34,899 nt of DNA, taken from assembly GCA_041586955.1 (NCBI GenBank), contig JBFGZE010000020.1, positions 1-34,899 on the forward strand. The letters run 5' to 3'. Below, piece by piece: positions 9,676-19,383 of the stretch. Within the stretch, counting starts at the first letter, position 1. Each line of letters opens with the position of its first letter. Made by a program: the position numbers and the translations under genes. A model generated the notes under the pieces. The model did not search any database. It saw only the letters and a program-made list of their open reading frames with translations, and was not told the origin of the DNA. This DNA comes from Bacteriovoracaceae bacterium (GTDB lineage: Bacteria; Bdellovibrionota; Bacteriovoracia; Bacteriovoracales; Bacteriovoracaceae).

Positions 9676-10061
9676 CTTAAAACTCCTTTTTATGTGATGA
9701 GGTCGCAAAATTCTAGGAACTTCCTGGCCGTCTGTAAAGAGCCTTGGCGCCAAAACTCGTCAGCGTATTTTCAGTACAAATATGATTAGGCCTTTAATCA
9801 GGCGCTACAATATGAATGATATGGAAAAATCTTATTTCGAATTGGTCATTAAAGGGGAAAAGTAGCTCATAGGAATTTTGATAGAAAATCAATAAAAGAC
9901 CAGTTATCTCAATTAAAAAACTTTTACTTTGATTTCCCCCGGGCCATCCGATTTACTTTTTTACTTTTGTAAAGATTGCAAGACTAATCCCGGGGAGTAC
10001 AAAGGCCAAGTTGAACTGGTGTTTCAATACAAATCAGGTCTTTCTACAAAAATACTCTCCA

Positions 10062-11855
10062 TTAATGAGAGCAAGACTTCCTGCCAACTTTATAACGACC
10101 ACTTTCACAAAGGGTCAGGTTGAGATGGTATTTAAAATCTAGATTTTTCAAAAAATACTTCCGTACCAATGGATAATTATGCCCCGCGCGGTCACGATAA
10201 AGGATTGGCCAACGAACCTCAATTTCAACAGGAGTATCACCCTTATCAAAACCAAAGATCAGACCTTCCGCATTTTGAGAGGGCAAGAAACCAGAGCTCA
10301 TATGGTTCATCCGAGTCTGGTTCATTTTTGTTGATGTAACAGTGATCAAGGCCCCAATCCCCTTAGAATTGGCCTTATCTCCTTGCAAAAAAAGGCGTAA
10401 GCTTCGGCGCCCATTCCAATTATATTGATTGGTCATTAGATACATTCGTTGATTAAGCTGAGCATGGCGAATATTAGTTTGACCAGTCAGAAAGTCTGGC
10501 CGCCCATCAGCATTAAAATCACCCACGACAGAACCAGATGGGTTTAAGATATCAAGACCGCGAACCGAAGCTAAATCAGCAAAGGCGTGATCAGTGCTCT
10601 GCTCGAAATAGATAAAGCGACTCTTAGGGGGAAAACCAGCATTATCAATAATCAAATCGACATGGCCATCCAGATTAAAGTCGGCCCAAACTCCCCTCTT
10701 ATCGCCCTGGGTCCATTGGCCACTCCCATCATCCATATGATACTCCGTGCGGATAAATTTAGGAGGGTATTCATAGCGAGTACCAGTTAAAATACTCGAA
10801 CGATCGCGACTTTCTGGATCATGCGCCTGAAAAAGCTCTCCCACTGCCACGTCCATAATACGGTCATTATTATAATCAATACATTCTGTATAGAAGCTAT
10901 AACCGCCACCCCGTTTTAAAAATTTCCCATCTTCATCCATATGAAACTGAGATTCTTTACCAACATCTTTAAAAATGCGGCCAATTGAATTCCCTGACTG
11001 ACGATCCAAAACATTGAGCCATAAATGATTTGGCAGTCCACCAAACGATGCTGTTAAAATATCTGCATAACCATTTTGATCCATATCGCATAGAGAAGAA
11101 CCATAGGTAGGGGTGGCATTAATAAATGGCCCACGTTGGCCATTTTTTTTAAACTCGCCTTTTAAAAGATAAGAAGAATCTGTAAATTTTAATCCATTAC
11201 CTTTATAAAGACGGTCTGGAGTGGCGATGGCACGTCCTTTTTTAAATGTATAGGCGTTGCCAATAAAAAGATCGAGATGACCATCCAAGTCAAAATCGAT
11301 TGGCACTAATGAGGCCGTCGGCATAGGGATAGACGGAAAGGCATTATCAACTTCGTGAAGAGAATAATTTCCCTCATCCAATTGTCCTTTAAATAAGCGC
11401 AAAGGCAAATGTCGAAGTTCTGTTTTTTGGTTAAAAACCGCCACAATCACATCGAGTATTTGGTCTTTATTAAAATCGGCAAATACTAAAAATGAGGCCC
11501 TTAATTCTTTGCCAAAAGGATTGTACTCTAACGCAGAAAAGCGTTTATTCTTTTTATCAAATTCGAAAAAAAGGGGTTTATTAAAAAATGATTCTAAAAT
11601 GACCAAATCATCATCACCATCATTATCCCAATCGATAAGATAGTTAAGAACCGCCTTTTGTTTACTAAGACCAAAGTTTTCCGTCTGGTCTTTAAAAGAA
11701 CCATCACCTTTACCAGTCGGTCCCTCTTGATAGATGATCTCTATGCTTTTCTTAGGCGATTGTTTTTTGAAAAACTTTTGAGGTAGACTTGAGCATCCCA
11801 CCAAGAGGATGAGAGTACCCAAGCATAACTGATGAAACAAAGACAAATTAATCAT
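10062..11855 (-). CDS. CRTAC1-like lipoprotein: FG-GAP/VCBS repeats plus ASPIC/UnbV domain
   Basis: Lipobox LVGC; about 7 DxD/NxDGxxD repeats (DWDNDGDDD, DFNKDQILD, DFDLDGHLD, DMDQNGYAD, DYNNDRIMD, DFNLDGHVD, DFNADGRPD); C-terminal NSKGIGA...GFLPSQ...FG...VRWP. Confidence 0.85.
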   Translation of the reverse strand: MINLSLFHQLCLGTLILLVGCSSLPQKFFKKQSPKKSIEIIYQEGPTGKGDGSFKDQTENFGLSKQKAVLNYLIDWDNDGDDDLVILESFFNKPLFFEFDKKNKRFSALEYNPFGKELRASFLVFADFNKDQILDVIVAVFNQKTELRHLPLRLFKGQLDEGNYSLHEVDNAFPSIPMPTASLVPIDFDLDGHLDLFIGNAYTFKKGRAIATPDRLYKGNGLKFTDSSYLLKGEFKKNGQRGPFINATPTYGSSLCDMDQNGYADILTASFGGLPNHLWLNVLDRQSGNSIGRIFKDVGKESQFHMDEDGKFLKRGGGYSFYTECIDYNNDRIMDVAVGELFQAHDPESRDRSSILTGTRYEYPPKFIRTEYHMDDGSGQWTQGDKRGVWADFNLDGHVDLIIDNAGFPPKSRFIYFEQSTDHAFADLASVRGLDILNPSGSVVGDFNADGRPDFLTGQTNIRHAQLNQRMYLMTNQYNWNGRRSLRLFLQGDKANSKGIGALITVTSTKMNQTRMNHMSSGFLPSQNAEGLIFGFDKGDTPVEIEVRWPILYRDRAGHNYPLVRKYFLKNLDFKYHLNLTLCESGRYKVGRKSCSH

Positions 11856-13621
11856 TAAAACTCAATAATGTCGAGGCCGTAACCATCCATTTCGCAAACC
11901 GTTTCGCTTAGTGCACGAACCGTTTTATCAATATTATTGCTCATCTCTTTATAGCTTCCCATAAATGAGTAATAGGCTTCACGACAAGCATGATTGGCCA
12001 AGTTTAAGCAATAATCCTTTTTCTTATCATCAATACTCTCATCATTAAGGATATTAGTGGTACGACTAATCACACTGACCATGACATAAAGCTGAATGGA
12101 CATATCCGCCAATCGCTTCTGTGGTAATTCATGATCAATAATATTTTTTCCATACTTAATCAGAGTATTTTCAACTTGAATGGCAAAGGTTCCCAATAGG
12201 GCACTGAAAGAATTTGACCATTCTTCCAATTTAGGATGACTCTTAGTTAAAGATTTTGAACCCACCATATTAGAAATTCTATTTTTGGCAAAGTCCGTTA
12301 GAACCCCTAATGATTTAATAGGATCTTGTAAGGCAGAAGAAACATCTGTTGTAACTTTACCCAATTCTTTAAGCCCTTCAGAAGGGCCACGCACTCCAGA
12401 TAATGCGAGAAAGCAACGTAAAATTTCGTTCGTTCCTTCAAAGATTAAGTTGATCCGTGTATCACGCATAATACGCTCGTAAGGATACTCACGCATATAA
12501 CCATTACCCGCCGCAATTTGTAGACCAGTATCCACAACTTTCCATAAAGATTCGGATCCAAAAATCTTACAGACCGCTGTCTCCAAATAATAATCATTCA
12601 TGCCTTTGAGCATATTACCAGTGGTCATATAGACCATGCTTTCTGTGGCATAACAATAACTGGCCATCATCGCCAATTTTTCCTGGATCAGGCCAAATTC
12701 AGTAATACTTTTATCAAATTGTTTTCTATTTTTTGCATGCTCCGTTGCCAATTTGATTATAGTTCTCATACCTCCGATACAACCTGCTCCTAACGACAGA
12801 CGACCAGAGTTAAGAACATTCATCGCAATCTTGAAGCCCTTGCCTAATTCACCAATGACATTTTCTTCAGGTATTTGAACCTTATCAAAATAAACGGCAC
12901 GGGTCTCACTCGCTCTAATCCCCATTTTGTTTTCTTTCTCTCCGAAAGAGAGACCTTCCATCCCCTTTTCAACGATGAAGCAAGAGATCTTCTCAACAGT
13001 CTTTCCATCAATTTCATGGTCAGTTTTAGCGAATACCGAGTAAAACTCCGCCATGCCACCATTTGTGATCCACAACTTCTGACCTGTCAGGGTAAAAGAT
13101 CCGTCAGCGTTACGTGTCGCCTTCGTTTTAATTGAATAGGCATCACTACCGGAGCCAGGCTCTGTCAAACAAAAAGCAGCAATGCTTTCACCACTTGCTA
13201 AGCGTGGTAACCATTTGGCCTTTTGTTCATCACTACCTTCATTAAGAAGGGCGCGGTAACCAATTGATTGGTGGGCACCAAGAAAGGTCGCTGTTGAGCC
13301 ATCCAATGAAGCGATTTCCGAAAAGACTCGCGAATAAAGGGAATAATCAAGCCCCATGCCTCCCATATCTTCAGGGACGCCAAGTCCACAGAGTCCAAGC
13401 TCCGCAAGTCCTTGAATCACTTCTTTGGGAATTTCAGCAGCTTCATCAAAGGCCGCCCCATCGATATTGGCCTCGCCAAATTTAGAAACAGCATCAACCA
13501 TTTCTTTTGCAAACTCTTTTTGATCTGAATTAAAATGTGGATAAGGGAATATGTCATTCTCTTCCACTTCCCCATAAAAAAAACTTCCTACAACAGAATT
13601 AATAGGACTATTATCGGTCAT
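11855..13621 (-). CDS. Acyl-CoA dehydrogenase, long ACAD9/VLCAD-like form
   Basis: FCLTEPGSGSDA, GQKLWITNG, KMGIRAS, RKQF, IFEGTNEI motifs plus a C-terminal extension; 588 aa. Confidence 0.95.
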   Translation of the reverse strand: MTDNSPINSVVGSFFYGEVEENDIFPYPHFNSDQKEFAKEMVDAVSKFGEANIDGAAFDEAAEIPKEVIQGLAELGLCGLGVPEDMGGMGLDYSLYSRVFSEIASLDGSTATFLGAHQSIGYRALLNEGSDEQKAKWLPRLASGESIAAFCLTEPGSGSDAYSIKTKATRNADGSFTLTGQKLWITNGGMAEFYSVFAKTDHEIDGKTVEKISCFIVEKGMEGLSFGEKENKMGIRASETRAVYFDKVQIPEENVIGELGKGFKIAMNVLNSGRLSLGAGCIGGMRTIIKLATEHAKNRKQFDKSITEFGLIQEKLAMMASYCYATESMVYMTTGNMLKGMNDYYLETAVCKIFGSESLWKVVDTGLQIAAGNGYMREYPYERIMRDTRINLIFEGTNEILRCFLALSGVRGPSEGLKELGKVTTDVSSALQDPIKSLGVLTDFAKNRISNMVGSKSLTKSHPKLEEWSNSFSALLGTFAIQVENTLIKYGKNIIDHELPQKRLADMSIQLYVMVSVISRTTNILNDESIDDKKKDYCLNLANHACREAYYSFMGSYKEMSNNIDKTVRALSETVCEMDGYGLDIIEF

Positions 13622-13786
13622 TTTATAACTCCTTTTCCAATCACAAAGCGAAAATTTTGCCGCTTATATCATATCATAAATGTTCAAGTCGACGAGGACT
13701 ATTTCAGACCTCCTCACTCTGACCCTTAAAAAGGACTGGTTTACAAAAATAATTCCATTAGTTGACCAAATTTCGTGAAAAGGCAC

Positions 13787-13815
13787 TTGCTGCAAACGCC
13801 AGTGAAATTTACAAT
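13787..13815 (+). promoter_or_regulatory. Putative sigma70 promoter of the gsp operon
   Basis: TTGCTG-N17-TACAAT, 42 nt upstream of the gspC ATG. Confidence 0.55.
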
Positions 13816-13857
13816 AGAGATAGGAAAAGGAAAAATTACCGATTTTTTTGATCAACT

Positions 13858-15243
13858 ATGAAAGAAAAATTTCAAGGGCTTGTAAACAAGCTACTTCAAT
13901 TACTTCGCAGGAAAAAATCATCTAAAGATGATTTAGACCCCTATCTCCCATCTGCACCAGAAGAAATGCCACCTCCTCCTCCAGTGCGAAAGATTGAGGA
14001 GATGTCTGCCCATGCAGATGATGAAACAGCAGTCGAAACGCAATTTAATCAATTTGAAGAATTTGAATATAAAAAGCTTATAAGTACAGACCTTACCTTG
14101 ATGGGCAAGGTCAAGGCCCTTACCAAATTTTATCTAAGCATCGTGGTCAAAGAGCTACGCCGGCGCTTCCAGCAAATAAAAACGAAACTCATTAGCAGAG
14201 ATAGTAGTGGCGGAGGTGACAACGGTGATGGCAAAGGGCCAGATTTCAATAAGGGCATTCAACAATTAAAAAAAATTGAATTCGATAAAGTCTATGACTT
14301 TATCTTCGGTCTGCCTCAAAGACCGATGATCAATAATATTTTTGTTATTGCCCTTCTCTCCACCAGTTTCTACCTGATTGGACGAACGATTGCCCTTATG
14401 GTGCGACCTGATGTGGAATTGGCGCAAAGTAATAAGGCATCAATGGAACGCTTGGGCCCTATGAAGAATTACCGCCAAGACTTTGCCAATGTTAGGAAAA
14501 ATGACCTATTCCGCGCGAAAGGTAAAGTGATTAAGCCCCTACCCGACGGAACAGGCACACCAAAACTTAGTATTGATAAGAATAAAAAATGCTTTGAAGC
14601 AGATCGGAAAAGTAACCTCAGTATTAAGTTGATGTCCACTATGGTTATGCATGATAGCGTTAAATCCCTTGCCTCTGTTCAGGTGCGCTCCTCTGATAAA
14701 TATCTATCCGTACGCGAAGGTGAAAAAATCAATAATGACGCTGAAGTAGGACGTATTAAAAACCTCAAAATGGTCATTAAAAATTTAACAAATGGTAATT
14801 GTGAATATATCGAAAATATTAAGTCCAAACTCAATAAGCCCAACCCTATTTTGGTAGAACGCAATCCTAAAAAAGTTTTACAACGTAAAAAAGAAATTAA
14901 AGATTCCCGTGTTGTGCAGCAAGGAAATAATTTTAAAATCAAAAAATCATATCGTGATGATGCCTTGAAAAATATTTCAGAGGTTCTCACCCAAGCACGG
15001 GCCATAGAAATTAAAAATCCCGATGGTAGTCTCTGTTTTCGCATAATAGAAATTCAGCCGGGATCCATTTATAGTACGTTAGACATCCGTAATGAAGATG
15101 AGATCTGTCAAATTAATGGCAAACCGATTAAGAGTCAAAATGAAGTCTTAGGACTTTTTGGTAGAATCAAAGATGTTGATCATTTAGAACTTTCTGTTAA
15201 AAGAGAAGGTTCCCAAAGTGCAATGTCTTATGATTTTGAATAA
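13858..15243 (+). CDS. gspC: Type II secretion protein C (TM, HR and PDZ domains) with long N-terminal extension
   Basis: First gene before the secretin; single TM near aa 160-180; HR-like region; C-terminal PDZ (IQPGSIY...EDEICQINGKPI...VKREG). Confidence 0.85.
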   Translation: MKEKFQGLVNKLLQLLRRKKSSKDDLDPYLPSAPEEMPPPPPVRKIEEMSAHADDETAVETQFNQFEEFEYKKLISTDLTLMGKVKALTKFYLSIVVKELRRRFQQIKTKLISRDSSGGGDNGDGKGPDFNKGIQQLKKIEFDKVYDFIFGLPQRPMINNIFVIALLSTSFYLIGRTIALMVRPDVELAQSNKASMERLGPMKNYRQDFANVRKNDLFRAKGKVIKPLPDGTGTPKLSIDKNKKCFEADRKSNLSIKLMSTMVMHDSVKSLASVQVRSSDKYLSVREGEKINNDAEVGRIKNLKMVIKNLTNGNCEYIENIKSKLNKPNPILVERNPKKVLQRKKEIKDSRVVQQGNNFKIKKSYRDDALKNISEVLTQARAIEIKNPDGSLCFRIIEIQPGSIYSTLDIRNEDEICQINGKPIKSQNEVLGLFGRIKDVDHLELSVKREGSQSAMSYDFE

Positions 15244-15257
15244 AAATTGAGGTTTTC

Positions 15258-17636
15258 ATGAATAGCAAAGGTATTATCACGTTGAGCTTAAGCAGTCTTC
15301 TGACGGTGACTCCTGCATCTGTCTTGGCCCAAGAATTTAATAAATTTAAAAGTAAAACCCGTTATAATCAAGGCCAAAAAGGCGCTGCAACTAAATTGCT
15401 TGATAAGGCCGTGAAGGTCGAGCCCTCTGTTCCCGATTCTAACTCGCAAGCAAAAAAAACAAGGCCAGACATTTTTGGTCGAGGAACTGGAATTGCTGAT
15501 TCAAAGGCCGGGGTAAAAGACCCCAAATATGTTCTTCTTAATCCTGAAACGGCCTTTGGCCCAGAGTTAGTGGAAAGTTTTGACTTTCAAAATGCCTCAT
15601 TGGTTGAATTAACCAAATATATGCAAGACTTAACAGGTATCAACCTTATCCTGGATAAAGAGCTAAAAGGTAAAATTTCCATTATGGCGCCCACCCCTAT
15701 TACTGTTGGTGATGCCTGGAAGGCCTTTTTAACTGCCCTTAATATTAACGGCTATACTCTGGTTCGCAGTGGTGCCTTTTATAAAATTGTAAATTCTAGG
15801 GATGTGCGTTATACGCCTACAAAAATCTATACCGGAAATTACACGCCAGACACTGAAAACTATGTAATGCGTGTTATTCCACTCAAAAATATTAACTCCA
15901 CCGAAGTCACAAGAAGTTTCCGTCCTTATATGTCACGTTATGGGCGAATAATTGATATCAAGCAAACCAATACTGTTATTGTGCAGGATACTGGCTCAAA
16001 TATTAACCGTCTCATGCGATTAATTAAGTTTATTGATGTTCCTGGGCATGAAGAATCATTACAAATCATGACCGTTAAATATAGTTCGGCCCAGGAAATT
16101 GCCAAATTATTAGATCAAATTCTTAAAAGTGGTGGTAGTACTGGGAAGTTCCGAGCATCGGGCGGTGGAAAGTCGGGACAAAATATTTCCAAAATTATTG
16201 CTGAGCCTCGAACCAATACTATTATTGCCATGGCCAATGCTTCTGGCGCCAAGCAATTGAGAAAGTTGATTCAACAATTAGATGTCAAATCGGTCGCCAC
16301 CAATGGTGGAAAAATCCATGTTTATTATCTTAATCATGGTGATGCTGAAACTCTCTCAAAAACTCTTTCTTCACTCGTTTCCTCGACCTCCAAGGGTGCA
16401 ACAGGAACTCGCTTTTCGAAAACGGCACCCACCTCTACAGGGCTGTTTTCCGCTGAGGTTAAAATTACCTCTGATAAAGAAAATAATGCTATTGTCGTAA
16501 CCGCCTCCCCCACCGACTACCTGACAATTAAGGATGTTATTGGAAAATTGGATATCGCCCGAGACCAGGTTTATGTCGAAGGCCTAATGATGGAAACTCA
16601 AGTATCAAAGGCCAAGGCCTTTGGTATTTCAGTGATTGGCGCTTATGGTTCGGGTAATGCCCAACGAGCTGGTTTTACTCAAGGTTCAGATGATGGTCTC
16701 TTTGGACTTCTCAATAATCAAATTACTAGCCTCGGTGGCCTTTTTGCTGGAATTGGGATTGGAAAATCAATTGATTTTGATCCCGGAACAGGCAGTACAA
16801 TTAAAATTAATACCATTAATGGTTTGATTACCGCCATTGCCAGTCACGGCCTAACTAATGTCTTAGCGACTCCTCAAATCTTGGCCCTTGATAATGTCGA
16901 GGCGACTTTTGAATCCGGTGAAAGTATTCCAACACCAGAGAGAACGAATGCCGCCAACGGATCTAGTACAGTTGCCCTCAAGCCCCAGAAAGTTGGTCTG
17001 ACTCTTAAAATTACGCCACAGATTAATAAAGTGACTCGTTTTGTAAAACTTAAAATCGATCAAAAGATTCAGGATTTTTCTCAACGGGCGCTCCCGGATG
17101 GTATCAAAAAAGATGGTGTCGCAACTGTTGAGCGAAGTGCTCAGACGACTGTTGTGGTCCGTGACCGAGATACTATCGCCATGGGTGGCCTTATGCGTGA
17201 TAAAGAAATTTCGTCTGTTAGTAAAGTTCCTCTTTTGGGTGATATCCCCATTCTAGGTTGGCTCTTCAAAAATAAAAAGAGTACTATTGAAAAGGTGAAT
17301 CTCTTGTTCTTTCTCACTCCGCGAATTTTGGCCAATTATCAAAAAGAGGTTTCTCATAAGGTTCGAGATGTGCTCAATAGAAGAAATATTCACCTAAAGG
17401 ACGCCATCGGCGAAAGAGATGCCTTTGGGTCCACGGCAAAAGGTCTTTATGATAAGGCCAAGAAACAAGGCGAAGGTCCTCTTTACGATGTTGAGGAAGC
17501 TTCACGTTATAAAAGACAAAATGAAGGACCTGGTATCGGTAATAGAGAAGATGACCAGTCCATGTATGAAATTCCCAACTATAAAGAGATTGAGCAAGAA
17601 GTTCAAAGTCTTCGGTCTGGGATTCAAAAGAAATAG
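15258..17636 (+). CDS. gspD: Type II secretion secretin
   Basis: Signal peptide; N0-N3 domains; secretin motifs NVLATPQILALDN, GLTLKITPQI, SKVPLLGDIPILGWLFK...FLTPRI. Confidence 0.97.
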   Translation: MNSKGIITLSLSSLLTVTPASVLAQEFNKFKSKTRYNQGQKGAATKLLDKAVKVEPSVPDSNSQAKKTRPDIFGRGTGIADSKAGVKDPKYVLLNPETAFGPELVESFDFQNASLVELTKYMQDLTGINLILDKELKGKISIMAPTPITVGDAWKAFLTALNINGYTLVRSGAFYKIVNSRDVRYTPTKIYTGNYTPDTENYVMRVIPLKNINSTEVTRSFRPYMSRYGRIIDIKQTNTVIVQDTGSNINRLMRLIKFIDVPGHEESLQIMTVKYSSAQEIAKLLDQILKSGGSTGKFRASGGGKSGQNISKIIAEPRTNTIIAMANASGAKQLRKLIQQLDVKSVATNGGKIHVYYLNHGDAETLSKTLSSLVSSTSKGATGTRFSKTAPTSTGLFSAEVKITSDKENNAIVVTASPTDYLTIKDVIGKLDIARDQVYVEGLMMETQVSKAKAFGISVIGAYGSGNAQRAGFTQGSDDGLFGLLNNQITSLGGLFAGIGIGKSIDFDPGTGSTIKINTINGLITAIASHGLTNVLATPQILALDNVEATFESGESIPTPERTNAANGSSTVALKPQKVGLTLKITPQINKVTRFVKLKIDQKIQDFSQRALPDGIKKDGVATVERSAQTTVVVRDRDTIAMGGLMRDKEISSVSKVPLLGDIPILGWLFKNKKSTIEKVNLLFFLTPRILANYQKEVSHKVRDVLNRRNIHLKDAIGERDAFGSTAKGLYDKAKKQGEGPLYDVEEASRYKRQNEGPGIGNREDDQSMYEIPNYKEIEQEVQSLRSGIQKK

Positions 17637-17644
17637 GAGTCAGG

Positions 17645-19375
17645 GTGGCAATCTCGGATACGGCCCTTGAGGAATTAGAAGATCAAAAGGTCAAAATTGG
17701 CCAATTATTATTGAAGTATACTTCTCTCACAGAAGAGCAACTCAATGAGGCCCTGGAGATTCAGGCCGAGTCGGGTATGTTAGTCGGTGAAATTCTTCTC
17801 GAAAAAAATTATATTCATCCCCATGACGTGATTAAAGTGCTCTGCCATCAAATCAATATCCCCTATATTCTAGATATTCATATTGATGAAATTGACCCGG
17901 ATATTGTCATGAATATTCCCATCAATTACGCCAAGCAAAATGAGGTGCTCCCTGTCCTCGACACGGACTCGACTCTGACAGTGGTCATTTCAGACCCCTT
18001 TAACTTTAATGCCATCAATGACCTGCAGGAAATTTTTCAAAAAGAAATTAAACTATTGGTCTGCCCTCCCCTTAAAATTAATGATGCAATCAATAGGGTC
18101 TATGAAAAAGGGAATCGCAATCTAGTCGAATCTCTCGAAGAGGAATTTGACGAAAATATGGACCTCGATGGCCCGATCGATATCCTCGATGCCGGCGAGG
18201 ACGACGCCCCAGTTATTCGTTTTGTTCACTCCATCATCTTCAAGGCGGTTAAAGAGGGTGCCTCAGATATTCATATTGAGCCCTATGAACGTGAAACGAT
18301 TTACCGCTTCCGCGTCAATGGTGTCATGTCAGAAGTTCTACGCCAACCGTTAAAAACTCATTCTGCCGTTTCTGCGAGAATAAAGGTTATGGCGAAATTG
18401 GATATTGCCGAAAAGAGGCTACCCCAAGATGGTCGAATCAAGATTAAAATTGCCGGTAAAGATGTTGATATTCGTCTCAATACCGTTCCGGTGCAAACCG
18501 GAGAGCGGGTTGTCATGAGGGTTTTGGAGAAAAGCTCCAAAGTACTCACTTTGGAGAATTTAGGTTTCCATGGCAAGACCTTACATGACCTCGATGAATT
18601 AAGTAAACGCAAACACGGAGTCCTCTATGTCTCTGGCCCAACTGGTTCTGGTAAGACCACTTCCTTATTCGCTATTTTAGAGCGTATTAACGATCCGGAT
18701 AAAATGATTATTACGGTAGAAGATCCAGTGGAATATGAAATTCCTGGCGTCTCACAAATCCAAGTGAATTCTAAGATTAACCTATCTTTTGCCGTCGCTC
18801 TACGCGCCATTGTCCGTCAGGATCCAGATGTCATTATGGTGGGGGAAACACGGGATGGGGAAACGGCTTCGATGGCGATTGAGGCCTCCTTAACTGGTCA
18901 CTTTGTCTTATCCACCATTCACACCAATGATTCATCCTCAGCGCCTGGCCGTTTAATCGATATGGGTATCCAGCCTTTTCTAATCGCTTCCTCACTTGCA
19001 GGGGTTTTGGCCCAGCGACTCGTCCAGACTCTTTGCTCAGAGTGTAAAAAACCCCATCACCTAACAGCTGCAGAATTAAAGGTCTTAGCAATTGAAGAAA
19101 TCCCCAGCGGCTCAATCGTCTACCAGGCAGAGGGTTGTCCCAAATGTAGCTATCGCGGTTATGACTCTCGAACGGTCGTTACCGAATTATTATTAATCAC
19201 CGATGAAATTCGTGAACTCATCTTGAAGAAATCAGATGCGGGAACCATTAAAAAGAAGGCCGTATCTCAAGGTATGACGACTTTGCGTCAAGATGCAGTT
19301 GATAAAGTTCTCCGCGGCATTACCTCACTTGAGGAAGTTTTGCGGGTAATCAACGAAGAAGAAAACCAGGCTTAG
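17645..19375 (+). CDS. gspE: Type II secretion ATPase
   Basis: ASDIHIEP, DIAEKRLPQDGR, Walker A GPTGSGKT, RQDPDVIMVGETRD, TGHFVLSTIHTN, tetra-Cys (CSEC...CPKC). GTG start with AGGAG SD. Confidence 0.97.
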   Translation: MAISDTALEELEDQKVKIGQLLLKYTSLTEEQLNEALEIQAESGMLVGEILLEKNYIHPHDVIKVLCHQINIPYILDIHIDEIDPDIVMNIPINYAKQNEVLPVLDTDSTLTVVISDPFNFNAINDLQEIFQKEIKLLVCPPLKINDAINRVYEKGNRNLVESLEEEFDENMDLDGPIDILDAGEDDAPVIRFVHSIIFKAVKEGASDIHIEPYERETIYRFRVNGVMSEVLRQPLKTHSAVSARIKVMAKLDIAEKRLPQDGRIKIKIAGKDVDIRLNTVPVQTGERVVMRVLEKSSKVLTLENLGFHGKTLHDLDELSKRKHGVLYVSGPTGSGKTTSLFAILERINDPDKMIITVEDPVEYEIPGVSQIQVNSKINLSFAVALRAIVRQDPDVIMVGETRDGETASMAIEASLTGHFVLSTIHTNDSSSAPGRLIDMGIQPFLIASSLAGVLAQRLVQTLCSECKKPHHLTAAELKVLAIEEIPSGSIVYQAEGCPKCSYRGYDSRTVVTELLLITDEIRELILKKSDAGTIKKKAVSQGMTTLRQDAVDKVLRGITSLEEVLRVINEEENQA

Positions 19376-19383
19376 GATAAAAT

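Noticed and set aside
9676..9753. 26-aa N-terminal extension of the histone ORF from TTG 9753
   Set aside because: A strong AAGGAG SD precedes ATG 9675; the extension has no SD and no histone-like features.
13781..13795. Sigma54-like GGCAC...TGC upstream of gspC
   Set aside because: Spacing is GG-N8-GC, not the required GG-N10-GC; a sigma70 reading fits better.
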